Notes: a model not told the origin generated them from the letters alone. DNA of 64,000 nucleotides from an uncultured Alphaproteobacteria bacterium (GCA_963812795.1 CAWEWG010000002.1:5340-69339), one strand, 5' to 3'. Counted from the stretch's first letter, positions 17,826 through 27,829 are shown. Translations and numbers: made by a program.

Positions 17826-17901
17826 CTAGTGTGATTTAGATCGCGAAATTCGCACGACACCTCGCCGCGGATGATAGCGAATTTCGCGATCATCACACTA
17901 G
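17826..17901. repeat. Hairpin element copy 2 (76 nt)
   Basis: Left arm CTAGTGTGAT+(TTA bulge)+GATCGCGAAATTCGC. Right arm GCGAATTTCGCGATC+ATCACACTAG. This gives 25 paired bp and a 23-nt loop. It has the same 10+15 bp architecture and the same CTAGTGT/ACACTAG termini as copy 1. Confidence 0.8.
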
Positions 17902-18029
17902 AGAACAATCCCCTAACCGGCGATGAAACACGACGCGGAAAGAGGCCGCGTAGGGCATCAGGGCCAATTGAGAGAAAAGTGAGGCTCCAGAGTGCGCCGC
18001 TTTAGCCGCCGAGGTCCAGTGCTGGCGGC

Positions 18030-18290
18030 CTAAATGCGGATCGCGGCTTCGACTATTGCCGGACGTGGTGTGGAGGAGTAGGCGGGATCGCTCTGCGCCG
18101 GGGCGGAGAACGCGGGCTGCGCGTTCTCCTCGTCGATCGAGGCATACAGCAGCGTCGCTGCGGTCGCGATGGTAACGAACAGGATGACGATGCCGAGCAG
18201 CGTCCGCTTCAGCGCCCATTGAAGGGTCGGCGTCTGCAGCGCCACAACGTTCGTACCCTCAACGCTGGCAGGCGTCGTGGTCGTCGACAT
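18030..18290 (-). CDS. Small single-pass membrane protein
   Basis: Internal ATG at 18290 (MSTTTTPASV...). One TM helix (LLGIVILFVTIATAATLLYA). No known domain. Confidence 0.5.
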   Translation of the reverse strand: MSTTTTPASVEGTNVVALQTPTLQWALKRTLLGIVILFVTIATAATLLYASIDEENAQPAFSAPAQSDPAYSSTPRPAIVEAAIRI

Positions 18291-18503
18291 GGCTATTCGC
18301 ACTCTTTCAAGGTGTGGAAATGACTTTGGCGTCCCCCGGGCGGCCCGCGATGCGAACCGCCTTATAGGCACCATCCATGTAAGAGCGCGGGGCCGGGGTC
18401 AAGGGCTGTCGAAGGGAGATCTCGCGATCTCATCGGGGCGTTGTGGCGCTGCCACGCCCGCTTGCGCGAAAGGCGATTTTGCGCATCGCCAAGCAGGTCT
18501 CGA

Positions 18504-20087
18504 TCAGGCTGTCGGACGGGCTTTCTGGGCCATGGCGACCGTCGCCTGCAGGTCGACCTTACCCGAGGCGAGGACCGGCACGGCGGCGACGACAAGAATT
18601 TCCTTGGGAACCCAGAGATCGGGGAAGCCCTCGCGGCGCGCGTGCGCCAGCAATGCGTCCTTGCTGGCGTCGGGCTTGTCGGTGACGAGCAGCAGTTGCT
18701 CGCCCTTGCGCGGGTCGGGGAAGCTGAGGACGACGTGCTGGGCGTCACTCCACAGTCCGCAGGCCAGCGTCTCGACGGCGGCCAGCGATACCATCTCGCC
18801 GCCGAGCTTGGCGAAGCGCTTGGCGCGCCCGCGGATGGCGACATAGCCGTCGTCCATGGTGACGATGTCGCCGGTGTCGTGCCAGCCGCCCTGCGGAGCG
18901 ACGACGACTCCGGGATTGTCGGCGAGCAGATAGCCGGCCATGACGTTGGGCCCCCGCACGAACAGCCGCTTTCCGTCGTTGAGGCCAGGAACCTCTTCCA
19001 GGCGCGCCTCGACGCCGGGCAACAAGCGGCCGACGGTGCCGTCGCGGTTGTTATTCGGCAGGTTACAGGCGAGCACGGGAGCGGTCTCGGTCACCCCGTA
19101 GCCTTCGAGCAGTACTGCACCGGACTTGCTCCACAATTGGCGCGTGGGCTCCTTCACCCTCTCCGCGCCCGCCACCGCATAGTTCAGGCTAGCGAGCTGG
19201 CCGGGCTCGGCAGCGCGCGCATAGCCAGCGAGGAAGGTGTCGGTGGACACGATCCATGTCGCCTTCACCTTCTCGATGAGCTTGGGCACCTGGCGGTAGT
19301 GCAGCGGGCTCGGGTAGAGCACGCACTTCACCCCGGCGAACAGTGGCACGAGCGTTCCGGCCGTCAGGCCAAAGGAATGAAACATCGGCAGGGGGTTGAG
19401 CAGAATATCGCTCGGTACCAGCACCCCGCTAAGGTGGGCAATCGACTGTTGCGCGTTGGCGAGCAGGTTGGCGTTGGTGAGCACGACGCCTTTCGGCGCG
19501 CCCTCGGTGCCCGAGGTGAAGAGGATGACAGCCGGCTTGTCGGCCTTTTCCGGTGCCGGCCGGTAGATGCGCGATGCCAACAAGGCGCGCGCGGCGCCGC
19601 TCAGCTTGTCGACGATGCCTATGCCGGCGCGCACGTCCTCGAGATAGACGATGCGCGTCTTGGCGCCCGGCGCGTATTCGGTCTCGCTCAGCGCGGCGAT
19701 GAGCTCCTGCAGGTTGCCGGCTTCGACAAAGCGCTTGGACGTCAGCACCGTGCGCAACTGCGCGGTGCGGACGGCGGAGCGCAGGGCCTTCTTCCCGGCG
19801 GTGAAATTGAGAATGGCGGCGACGCGGTCATAGGCGTTGAGGCCGAGCAGCGTGACGGCGAGGCCGGCGGCGTTCGGCAGCAGGACGCCGACGTTCTCGC
19901 CGGCCCTGGTGAATTTCTTGATGCGGCCACCGAGGACCAGGCTGGCAACGATGAGGCGGGTATAGGTGAGGGACGTACCGTCGGCGTCCTCCAGAATGAC
20001 CTTTTCGCCGCCATGCGTGGCCGCAGCTTCGATAACGCCGGAAAAGAGCGTGGTGCGCGTGCGGGCGAGGTCGAATGTAGGGTTCAT
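18504..20087 (-). CDS. AMP-dependent synthetase/ligase (acyl-CoA/acyl-ACP synthetase, Aas-like)
   Basis: AMP-binding signature ILFTSGTEGAPKGVVLT. Later motifs include GYGVTETAP and WHDTGDIV...GRAKRFAKLGGEMVS. The start at ATG 20087 (MNPTFD) is preferred over the longer ORF. Confidence 0.85.
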   Translation of the reverse strand: MNPTFDLARTRTTLFSGVIEAAATHGGEKVILEDADGTSLTYTRLIVASLVLGGRIKKFTRAGENVGVLLPNAAGLAVTLLGLNAYDRVAAILNFTAGKKALRSAVRTAQLRTVLTSKRFVEAGNLQELIAALSETEYAPGAKTRIVYLEDVRAGIGIVDKLSGAARALLASRIYRPAPEKADKPAVILFTSGTEGAPKGVVLTNANLLANAQQSIAHLSGVLVPSDILLNPLPMFHSFGLTAGTLVPLFAGVKCVLYPSPLHYRQVPKLIEKVKATWIVSTDTFLAGYARAAEPGQLASLNYAVAGAERVKEPTRQLWSKSGAVLLEGYGVTETAPVLACNLPNNNRDGTVGRLLPGVEARLEEVPGLNDGKRLFVRGPNVMAGYLLADNPGVVVAPQGGWHDTGDIVTMDDGYVAIRGRAKRFAKLGGEMVSLAAVETLACGLWSDAQHVVLSFPDPRKGEQLLLVTDKPDASKDALLAHARREGFPDLWVPKEILVVAAVPVLASGKVDLQATVAMAQKARPTA

Positions 20088-20512
20088 CGTAACGGTGTTT
20101 TCCGGCCGGTGGGACGCGTCCGTTGTAGCCGGTGGGGTGCGGCGTGCAATCGCAGATCGCGTTGGCGACCGCGGCAATAGGGGGTCGGCGGAGGGTTGTG
20201 CGCCGCAGCAAAATTTGCCGCAGAATTGAGCAGGCGGAGATCGCCGCGGGTTAACGGCAGTCGCTGCCAGCCAGCATGCTGACCTGCGAAACATGAGGAT
20301 TCACGGGGCATCGGGAACTTCCCGGACACACTTCCACGAATTAACACGCTTGTTCGGGAATTGGGCACTTGCTGCCTATGATTGAAACTTGAGCAACCCC
20401 TGATTCGGCCTTACGTTTTTAGCAAGAGCAAAAAGAAGCGACGAGGACGCGACCAAGGCGGATCCGGCCCTTTCTTCAAGGGCGAATTCGGCAGGAACCT
20501 TGGGGGTGTCCC

Positions 20513-20719
20513 ATGATTGAAGTCGTCGCAATGGTCTGCTTCATCAACGACCCGAGCAAATGCAAGGACGTGCATCTGAACTTCGCCGCGGAATCGGTAA
20601 CCCCGCAGCAGTGCATGATGTACGGCCAGATGGAGCTCGCGAAGTGGACCGGTGAAAATCCCAACTGGCAGATCCGCAAGTTCAAGTGCGGCCGCGCTGG
20701 ACGCTACGCCAAGGCTTAG
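20513..20719 (+). CDS. Small conserved Cys-containing hypothetical protein (68 aa)
   Basis: GGGGG RBS-like run upstream. Good codon bias. Sequence MIEVVAMVCFINDPSKCKDVHLNF...; no assigned function. Confidence 0.6.
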   Translation: MIEVVAMVCFINDPSKCKDVHLNFAAESVTPQQCMMYGQMELAKWTGENPNWQIRKFKCGRAGRYAKA

Positions 20720-20942
20720 CAGCCTGACGAGGTAGGGACGGCCAATGGCCGCGTCGGCCGTTTGCCGCCGCTCTGCCCGAAGGCTCCAACCATTCTCGCC
20801 CGGGCAGCGGGAATGGACGAGCCGCCCGATCTTCCCGCCGCTGCACCGTCCGGTGCATTGCTTATCGTGCGTTAGCCGTTGACTTGAGCGCTGCCATCGC
20901 CTCCCTTCTCGCCCGATCGTCGATCGAAGCGGGAGAGATGAG

Positions 20943-22238
20943 ATGCCGGATACGCCTGCGTCAGCGCCGAAGCTTGCTACCCTGGCCGTACATGCGGGCG
21001 CTGCCCCAGATGCCGCAACCGGCGCGCGGGCGACGCCGATCTATCAAACCACTTCCTTCGTCTTCAACGACGCCGACCACGCCGCCGCGCTGTTCGGGCT
21101 GGAAGTTTTCGGCAACATCTACACGCGGATCAACAACCCGACGCAGGCCGTGCTCGAAGGGCGCATCGCGGCGTTGGAAGGCGGCACCGCGGCACTCGCC
21201 GTCGCCTCAGGGCACGCGGCGCAGTTCCTCGCCTTCCACACGCTGCTCGAGCCGGGCGATGAGTTCATCGCCGGCCGCCAGCTCTACGGCGGCTCCGTCA
21301 ATCAGTTCAATCACTCGTTCAAGAAGTTCGATTGGCACGTGAAGTGGGCCGACGCCACCGATCCGGCGTCGTTCGAGAAAGCGATCACGCCGAAGACGCG
21401 CGCAGTCTTTTGCGAGTTGATCGCCAACCCCGGCGGCGTCCTCGTCGATCTTCCCGCCATCGCTGCCGTCGCCAAGAAGGCGGGCGTGCCGTTCATCGTC
21501 GACAACACGCTGGCGACGCCCTACCTGTGCCAGCCGAAGGAGCACGGCGCCGACATCGTCGTGCACTCGCTGACGAAGTTCATCGGCGGCCATGGCAACT
21601 CGGTCGGTGGCGTCATCGTCGACAGTGGCACCTTCGACTGGCTCGGTTCCAAGCATCGCTACAAGACGCTGGTCGAGCCGAACGCCTCCTACAACGGCAT
21701 GAAGTTGGCCGAGACGTTCGGCAACTTCGCCTTCGCCATCGCCGCGCGCGTCATGGGCCTGCGCGACCTCGGTCCGGCGATCGCGCCGCTCAACGCGTTC
21801 CTTATTCTCACCGGCAGCGAGACGCTGCCCTTGCGCATGGCACGCCATTGCGAGAACGCCCTCGCCGTCGCCACATGGCTGGAGAAGCACCCGAAAGTGG
21901 CCTGGGTGGGTTACGCCGGTCTGCCGTCGAGCAAGTACCACGACATCCAGAAGCGGCTTTACCCCAAGGGCGCCGGCGCGGTGTTCACCTTCGGCCTCAA
22001 GGGCGGCTACGAGGCGGGCGTGCAGTTCGTGTCGGCGCTGAGGCTGTTCAGCCATCTCGCCAACATCGGCGACACGCGCTCGCTCGTCATCCATCCGGCG
22101 TCGACGACGCACCGGCAGCTCACCGACGCGCAGCGCACGGCGGCGGGCGCCGGGCCGGACGTCGTCCGCCTGTCGATCGGCATCGAGGACAAGGACGACA
22201 TCATCGCCGACCTGGAGCAGGCCCTAGCGCAGGTGTGA
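20943..22238 (+). CDS. metY: O-acetylhomoserine aminocarboxypropyltransferase (sulfhydrylase)
   Basis: Cys/Met-metabolism PLP enzyme pattern: TLAVHAG...TPIYQTTSFVF...GNIYTRINNPT..., PLP-lysine context HSLTKFIGGHG, C-terminal SLGDTRSLVIHPASTTH-type motif (NIGDTRSLVIHPASTTHRQL). Confidence 0.9.
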   Translation: MPDTPASAPKLATLAVHAGAAPDAATGARATPIYQTTSFVFNDADHAAALFGLEVFGNIYTRINNPTQAVLEGRIAALEGGTAALAVASGHAAQFLAFHTLLEPGDEFIAGRQLYGGSVNQFNHSFKKFDWHVKWADATDPASFEKAITPKTRAVFCELIANPGGVLVDLPAIAAVAKKAGVPFIVDNTLATPYLCQPKEHGADIVVHSLTKFIGGHGNSVGGVIVDSGTFDWLGSKHRYKTLVEPNASYNGMKLAETFGNFAFAIAARVMGLRDLGPAIAPLNAFLILTGSETLPLRMARHCENALAVATWLEKHPKVAWVGYAGLPSSKYHDIQKRLYPKGAGAVFTFGLKGGYEAGVQFVSALRLFSHLANIGDTRSLVIHPASTTHRQLTDAQRTAAGAGPDVVRLSIGIEDKDDIIADLEQALAQV

Positions 22239-22286
22239 TGAGTTTGCAGTTGCGCTATATTGGACGCCCGAGCTGAGGGCGCGACG

Positions 22287-22892
22287 ATGTCCAGGCTGTC
22301 ATTTGTAGTGCTTGCCGGTTTGAGCCTCCTGTTGCTGTCGGCGCTGGCGGGACAGGCGGCCGACGCGCCTACGGTCGACGATCTGGTCAACCAGTTGCAG
22401 AGCAGGGGTCCGGCGCCGGGCGCAGGCAAGCCAGGCGCCGGTAAGGTTGTGAAGCGTCCGCCGACCGTCAAAGGCGGTCACAAGCTGACCAGCAAGGAGC
22501 GGCGGGACGTGGCGGAGACGGCCCGGCGCGATGCTCTGCCAACCGCCGACCTGGAGGTCTATTTCGATTTCAACTCGGCTGCCATCACACCAGCGGCGCT
22601 TCCCATCCTCAAAACGTTGGGAGAGGCACTGTCCGATGGACGGCTTGCCGGAGGAACGTTCATTGTCGGCGGCCACACGGACGCAAAGGGCGAAGCCGAC
22701 TACAATCAAAGCCTCTCGCAGCGGCGCGCCGCGGCCGTGCGCGAGTTTCTCATCACCAATTTCCCCATCCCACCCGCCAAGCTCATGGCGATCGGCTACG
22801 GAGAGGAGCAGCTCAAAGCCGCGGACGAGCCCCTCGCCGGCGTAAACCGTCGGGTTCAAGTCATCAATTGGACGGACGTGGCCGGGAGATAA
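22287..22892 (+). CDS. OmpA-family (peptidoglycan-associated) protein
   Basis: Signal peptide MSRLSFVVLAGLSLLLLSALAGQA. OmpA_C motif (VYFDFNSAAI...GGHTDAKGEADYNQSLSQRRAAAVREFL). Confidence 0.85.
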   Translation: MSRLSFVVLAGLSLLLLSALAGQAADAPTVDDLVNQLQSRGPAPGAGKPGAGKVVKRPPTVKGGHKLTSKERRDVAETARRDALPTADLEVYFDFNSAAITPAALPILKTLGEALSDGRLAGGTFIVGGHTDAKGEADYNQSLSQRRAAAVREFLITNFPIPPAKLMAIGYGEEQLKAADEPLAGVNRRVQVINWTDVAGR

Positions 22893-22925
22893 CCTGAGGC
22901 CGGGCGCTGTCGCGCTTCCGTGGCG

Positions 22926-23945
22926 CTACTCGACCTTCCTGGACAGGCGCGCGATGCCGATGGTCTGGCGATGCCAATCTTTGATTGGCATGGCGGGGAA
23001 GCCGCCCATGATCGCACCCGCCGCGACGTTCCGCATGACGCCGCTCTTGGCGGCGATCTGCGCGCGTGCGCCGATGGTGAGGTGATCGGCGACGCCCGTC
23101 TGGCCGCCCATCATGACACCGTCGCCGACCACGGTGCTGCCGGCGATGCCCACTTGTCCGCAGATCACGCAGTGGCGGCCGAGCCGCACGTTGTGGCCGA
23201 TGTGCACGAGGTTATCGAGCACGCTGCCGGCGCCGATGACCGTGTCCTCCGTGGCACCGCGATCGATGGCGCAGTTGGCGCCGATCTTGACGCCTTCCTC
23301 GATGACGACGCGGCCGAGTTGCAGCATGCGTTCGAGGCCCGCCGGTCCCGGCACGAAGCCGAAGCCCTGCGACCCGATCGTGACGCACGTCTCGATCTCG
23401 ACGCGATGGCCGATCAACGCATGGCTGATGCAGCAGTTGGCGCCGATGCGGCAGTCGTCGCCGATCAGCACGCCGTCGCCGATGACGACATTGGCAGCGA
23501 TGTGGCAGCGCTCGCCGATATCGACGTCGCGGCCGACAATGACGCCGGCATCGATCTGCGTTCCCGGTCCTATGCAGGCGCTCGGGTGGACGCTGGCGGC
23601 GGCATGCACACCCGGCACGAGTGCTTGCGGCGGATAGAACAGCCGTCCCACTTGCGCATAGGCGCGGCGTGGATCGGCGACATAGATAAGGCGGCTCTCT
23701 GCCGGGGCATGATGTGCCAGCTTGCGGCTGATGATGATGGCGCCGGCCTTGGAGGCGGCGAGCGCGCCGAGATAGCGCAGGTCGCTAAAGACGCTGATGT
23801 CGTCGGGACCGGCATTTTCGAGCGAGGCGATGTCTTGAACCGCAATCGTCTCGTGGCCGGCAGTCAGTGGCTCTGCTCCGATGACCAAAGCAATGTCCGC
23901 AAGCGAATGCGGGCCGGCGCGATGGAAAAAGCGTGCGTCGGCCAT
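22926..23945 (-). CDS. lpxD: UDP-3-O-acylglucosamine N-acyltransferase
   Basis: LpxD N-terminal domain (FFHRAGPHSLADIA...) followed by long left-handed beta-helix hexapeptide repeats and the typical C-terminal GFPAMPIKDW. Confidence 0.85.
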   Translation of the reverse strand: MADARFFHRAGPHSLADIALVIGAEPLTAGHETIAVQDIASLENAGPDDISVFSDLRYLGALAASKAGAIIISRKLAHHAPAESRLIYVADPRRAYAQVGRLFYPPQALVPGVHAAASVHPSACIGPGTQIDAGVIVGRDVDIGERCHIAANVVIGDGVLIGDDCRIGANCCISHALIGHRVEIETCVTIGSQGFGFVPGPAGLERMLQLGRVVIEEGVKIGANCAIDRGATEDTVIGAGSVLDNLVHIGHNVRLGRHCVICGQVGIAGSTVVGDGVMMGGQTGVADHLTIGARAQIAAKSGVMRNVAAGAIMGGFPAMPIKDWHRQTIGIARLSRKVE

Positions 23946-24085
23946 GCGGTTACCTTTGGCACTCGGAAAAGATACTACGGCCGGTCTTCAACAGGGGGTG
24001 CAGCAGTCCGGCCCGGGGAAGCTTCAAACATAGACGAACGCGGGCTGCAAGGCATCAGCTCTTTGTGCCGCCCTGTATAACCATC

Positions 24086-25426
24086 TTAGACGGACTGCGC
24101 GTGAGCTACGGCGCCAGGGCTTGCGATGGCCACGAAGCCTGCGTGCCTGCGGCGGACTTCATCGAGGTCGCTCGGCAGCGGGACACTGCGTTCCGCATCG
24201 GCGAGGACGCGGTCGGCGTGCCGGCGCAGCACCGCGACGCGTGCAGGGTCGCGTTCGCAGCCGGCGACGGCCGTCAGCACCTGCAACAGCTTGTTCAGCA
24301 CCGGGGGCCTGCCAGCGGCGTTCTGACGGATCATTTGCAGCATGGCGCCGACGAGGCCGGCGTAGTCGATCATCGGCACGATGAGCGCCGCCCGGTCGTG
24401 GCGCGCGGTAACGCCGTTCGACAGCTGCGTGCCCGACAGCCTGCACAGCACGGCGCCGAGGCGGTCGAGAACGCTGATGGCCGTTTGCGGATCGTTGACG
24501 CCGGACGACAGCGCGCGCACGGCAACCTCGATGAGCTGGGCGATGGTGTAGTCGATATCCACCTCGCCGCGGCGCTGGGGGCCGAGCGCCGTTGCATTGA
24601 GGATTGCCTCGCCGGCGCCATCGATGCGCGGCTTGATGACGGCGATGGGCGTGTTGGGAAACACGTAGTCGCCGGGACGCACCAGCAGCCGCATGGCCGC
24701 GTGGTTGTGAAACACCCAGTCGGCGAGGCCGTCGGCATCCAATTGCTGCAGGTAGCCGCAACGACGGTCGATGATGGGAGCGGCATCGCGCCAGAATTCT
24801 TCCGGCGGCGGCGGTTGCTGCGGCGTGTCGACGGTGAGGCGGTCGGCGGCGGCATTGACGTCGGAGCTGACGAGATCGATGACCGTATCGACGTTGATGC
24901 GCTCGGCCATGTGGGCGACGAACCAGACGAGCATCGCCACACAGACGAAGGCCAGGAGGATCGCCACCGTCAGCGCCAGATGCGGGACGAACTCGCCTTC
25001 GCTCGGGCTGCGCACCGTGCGCAAGACCATGAGCGCGTAGACGAAGGTGCCGATGAAGGCGCCGAGGGTGATCTGGTTGCCGCGGTCGCGCGTGAAGTTG
25101 TGCAATAGCCGCGGCCCCATCTGCCCGGAGGCGAGCGAGAGCGCGGCGATGGTGATCGAGAACACCGTGCCGGCGACGGCGATGGTCGAGGAGGCGATGG
25201 CGCCCAGCACGGCGCGCGCGCCCGCCGGGCCGCCGCGGTAGAGCCAGGCGTCCTCGGCCAGTTGCTGCGTCGATAAGGATGAGTGATCGAGGCGCACGAA
25301 GGCATAGGCGGCGACGACGCCGGCGAGCACCATCAGGCCGGGGATGACCCAGAAGGTTTCTTTCAGGTCGCTGAGCAGCTTGCGGTTGCGAGCGATCAAG
25401 GAGCGAACTCCGCGCCGGCGGTGCAT
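24086..25426 (-). CDS. DUF2254-type membrane protein
   Basis: N-terminal LKETFWVIPGLMVLAGVVAAYAFVRLD followed by 3 further TM helices and a large soluble C-terminal domain. Family call is from memory. Confidence 0.65.
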   Translation of the reverse strand: MHRRRGVRSLIARNRKLLSDLKETFWVIPGLMVLAGVVAAYAFVRLDHSSLSTQQLAEDAWLYRGGPAGARAVLGAIASSTIAVAGTVFSITIAALSLASGQMGPRLLHNFTRDRGNQITLGAFIGTFVYALMVLRTVRSPSEGEFVPHLALTVAILLAFVCVAMLVWFVAHMAERINVDTVIDLVSSDVNAAADRLTVDTPQQPPPPEEFWRDAAPIIDRRCGYLQQLDADGLADWVFHNHAAMRLLVRPGDYVFPNTPIAVIKPRIDGAGEAILNATALGPQRRGEVDIDYTIAQLIEVAVRALSSGVNDPQTAISVLDRLGAVLCRLSGTQLSNGVTARHDRAALIVPMIDYAGLVGAMLQMIRQNAAGRPPVLNKLLQVLTAVAGCERDPARVAVLRRHADRVLADAERSVPLPSDLDEVRRRHAGFVAIASPGAVAHAQSV

Positions 25427-25808
25427 GGCCGCCCGTCACCGCTCTAGTCCACTTCCCGACGAGCGAAAAGCCGGGATCAACCGGGCCGGCGCACTTGCCT
25501 TGGGACAACGCAGCGCTGCTGGTCCGCGCGGCGGCGGCGCGCACGGCTACTACGCCGCATTTGTTCTCGCTCCCGATAGGAATAGCGTTGAGTCCGGCGT
25601 GCGCGAATAGAGTAGCGCAAAGCAGTACCACGCCCTCGCCCGTGCACTTCAGGCACGCGAGCGTGCGCAGCATTGATGCCTGCGCTGCCACTGTTGCCCT
25701 TCTCTCCTGCCACGCTTCCCCCTGGTCGGGCGCCAATTGCGGCCGTCTACTCGTGGCGGCCCGCCGCCGAAAAACGGGGGGAGGGCAGTTGCCCGCGAAG
25801 GGCGACAA

Positions 25809-25822
25809 ATTGTCATGACAAT
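25809..25822. promoter_or_regulatory. Perfect 14-bp palindrome upstream of the EF-hand gene
   Basis: ATTGTCATGACAAT, 27 nt upstream of ATG 25850, in a locally AT-richer stretch. Confidence 0.35.
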
Positions 25823-25849
25823 AGAACTACGTATTAGGGAGAAGACGCA

Positions 25850-26182
25850 ATGACCAACAAGTGGGTCGCCATTGTTTCGGTTCTGCTGCTTTCCGGAACC
25901 GTCGCCGTCGCCGACGACTGGGCTGGCAAGATGAAAACCGTCGATACCGATGGCAGCGGCACCGTGAGCCGCAACGAGTGGAACTCGAACTCTCCAAAGC
26001 TGGGTCTTGGAGCTGCCACGCCGGAATTCACGGCCTTGGACAAGAACAACAACAACAGCATTAGTGAGAAGGAATGGTCTACGGCGGACAAGATTGCATC
26101 GGCCTACGGCAAGTCATGCAAGTCGGCCGATAGTTCCTGGTGCCCGTGCCAGGGTAACCCCGACAAGCCTGAGTGCCAGTAA
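25850..26182 (+). CDS. Exported EF-hand calcium-binding protein
   Basis: Signal peptide MTNKWVAIVSVLLLSGTVAVA. Two EF-hand loops: DTDGSGTVSRNEW and DKNNNNSISEKEW. Cys-rich tail. GGGAGAAG RBS. Confidence 0.8.
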   Translation: MTNKWVAIVSVLLLSGTVAVADDWAGKMKTVDTDGSGTVSRNEWNSNSPKLGLGAATPEFTALDKNNNNSISEKEWSTADKIASAYGKSCKSADSSWCPCQGNPDKPECQ

Positions 26183-26256
26183 CGGCCTGTGTCGTACAAG
26201 TGCGCCTCGGAATCCTGGTGTCCAAAGCAGTTCTGATTTCGAGCCTATAGCTACCT

Positions 26257-26286
26257 CGAAACCCGGCGGGCAACTTCCGGGTTTCG
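26257..26286. terminator. Bidirectional stem-loop between convergent genes
   Basis: Perfect 10-bp stem CGAAACCCGG / CCGGGTTTCG with a 10-nt loop. No clear U-tract. Confidence 0.55.
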
Positions 26287-26308
26287 GGCGGCGCGGCTGC
26301 GTCGCGGT

Positions 26309-27829
26309 TCATCGATCGGCAGCCGCGAGCGGGGGAGCGACCTCCTCCAGCGGTTTGCGCTCAGCCGCGATGCACCAGCGCGCGGCGACGCCGGCGGCGA
26401 TGACCATCAACAGCGCGCCTAGCAGGTAGCCGGCGAAGACGCTGCCGCGCGAGCCCGTATCGATGAGCGCGCCCAGCAGCCAGGGACCCAGCACGCCGCC
26501 GATGCCGGTGCCGATCGCATAGAAGAAGGCGATGGCGAGAGCGCGCATCTCCAGCGGAAACGTTTCGCTGACGGTGAGGTAAGCGGCGCTGGCGGCGGCG
26601 GAAGCGAAGAAGAAGATGATCATCCAGGCAAGGGTGAGCTGACCGGGCGTCACGGCGTCGATGGCGAACAGGTAGCCGGTGATCGCCAGCAGCACGCCCG
26701 AGATCGCGTACGTGAAGGTCAGCATGATGCGACGGCCCAGCGTGTCGAAGAAGCGTCCGAGCAGGACCGGCCCGAGGAAGTTACCTGCCGCAAACGGGAG
26801 CAGATACCAGCCGATGTTCTGTGCCGGCACTCCGTAGAAGTCCGTGAGGATCAGCGCGTAGGTGAAGAAGATGGCGTTGTAGAAGAACGCCTGCGCCGCC
26901 ATGAGACTGAGGCCCACCACGGTGCGCCGGCGCTGCGAGCCGAAGAGGTTGGTGGCCACCTCCTGCAGCGTCGTGTGGGTGCGCATGCGCAGCCGCAACT
27001 TGGGGAAGGGGCCGGACGGCAGGTGATGCCCGCCGGCGGCGACACGCGCCTCGATGCCGGCGACGATGGCGTCGGCCTCCGCAGGCCGCCCGTGGGTGAT
27101 CAGCCAGCGCGGGCTTTCCGGAATCCACATGCGCAGGAAAAAGATGACGATGCTCAGCCCGCCGCCGAACAGGAAGGCGAGCCGCCAGCCGATGTCGATG
27201 GCGAACCAGCCCGGATGCAGGAGCACGATCGATCCGGCGGCGCCGATGGCAGCGCCGAGCCAGAAGCTGCCGTTGATGACGAGGTCGGTCCAGCCGCGCA
27301 CGCGTGCCGGGATCAACTCCTGGATTGTGGAGTTGATCGCCGAGTATTCACCGCCGATGCCCGCGCCGGTCATGAAGCGGAAGAACATGAAGCTCCAGAT
27401 GTTCCACGACAGCGCGGTGGCGAGCGTGGCGGTCATGTAGACGGCGAGCGTGATGAAGAAGAGCTTCTTGCGGCCGTAGCGGTCGGTGAGCCAGCCAAAG
27501 AACAGCGCGCCGAGCACCGCACCGGCGAGATAGGCACTTGCCGCGAGGCCGACGTCGGTATTGGTGAAGCGTAGCGTCGGGCTGTCCTTCAGCGCGCCGG
27601 AGATGGCGCCGGCGACGGTCACCTCCAGACCATCGAGGATCCAGGTGATGCCGAGGGCGACGACGACGAGGGTGTGGAAGCGCGCCCAGGGCAGGCGGTC
27701 TAGACGCGCCGGGATATCGGTTTCGACGATGCCAAGTGCCGCCGGCATTGGCTCCGACGGCTGAGGTTCGATACGTCGTACGAGATTGGTGGCCACGGGC
27801 GCCTCTCGCGCAGACCGCAGCCGTTTCAA
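26309..27829 (-). CDS. MFS transporter (sugar-porter/metabolite:H+ symporter-like)
   Basis: 12-TM organisation. MFS loop 2-3 motif [11 protein letters not shown]. The start could alternatively be an internal Met. Confidence 0.8.
   Translation of the reverse strand: MKRLRSAREAPVATNLVRRIEPQPSEPMPAALGIVETDIPARLDRLPWARFHTLVVVALGITWILDGLEVTVAGAISGALKDSPTLRFTNTDVGLAASAYLAGAVLGALFFGWLTDRYGRKKLFFITLAVYMTATLATALSWNIWSFMFFRFMTGAGIGGEYSAINSTIQELIPARVRGWTDLVINGSFWLGAAIGAAGSIVLLHPGWFAIDIGWRLAFLFGGGLSIVIFFLRMWIPESPRWLITHGRPAEADAIVAGIEARVAAGGHHLPSGPFPKLRLRMRTHTTLQEVATNLFGSQRRRTVVGLSLMAAQAFFYNAIFFTYALILTDFYGVPAQNIGWYLLPFAAGNFLGPVLLGRFFDTLGRRIMLTFTYAISGVLLAITGYLFAIDAVTPGQLTLAWMIIFFFASAAASAAYLTVSETFPLEMRALAIAFFYAIGTGIGGVLGPWLLGALIDTGSRGSVFAGYLLGALLMVIAAGVAARWCIAAERKPLEEVAPPLAAADR

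Noticed and set aside
20720-20942. Possible SAM-II (metA-type) riboswitch in the metY leader
   Set aside because: Alphaproteobacterial metY/metA genes often have one. There is a hairpin (GCACC-GTCC-GGTGC) followed by ATTGCTTATCG...TTGAGCGCT. However, the conserved U-tract and the AAAGCU pseudoknot strand are not convincingly present. A covariance-model scan (Rfam SAM-II, SAM-V) is needed.
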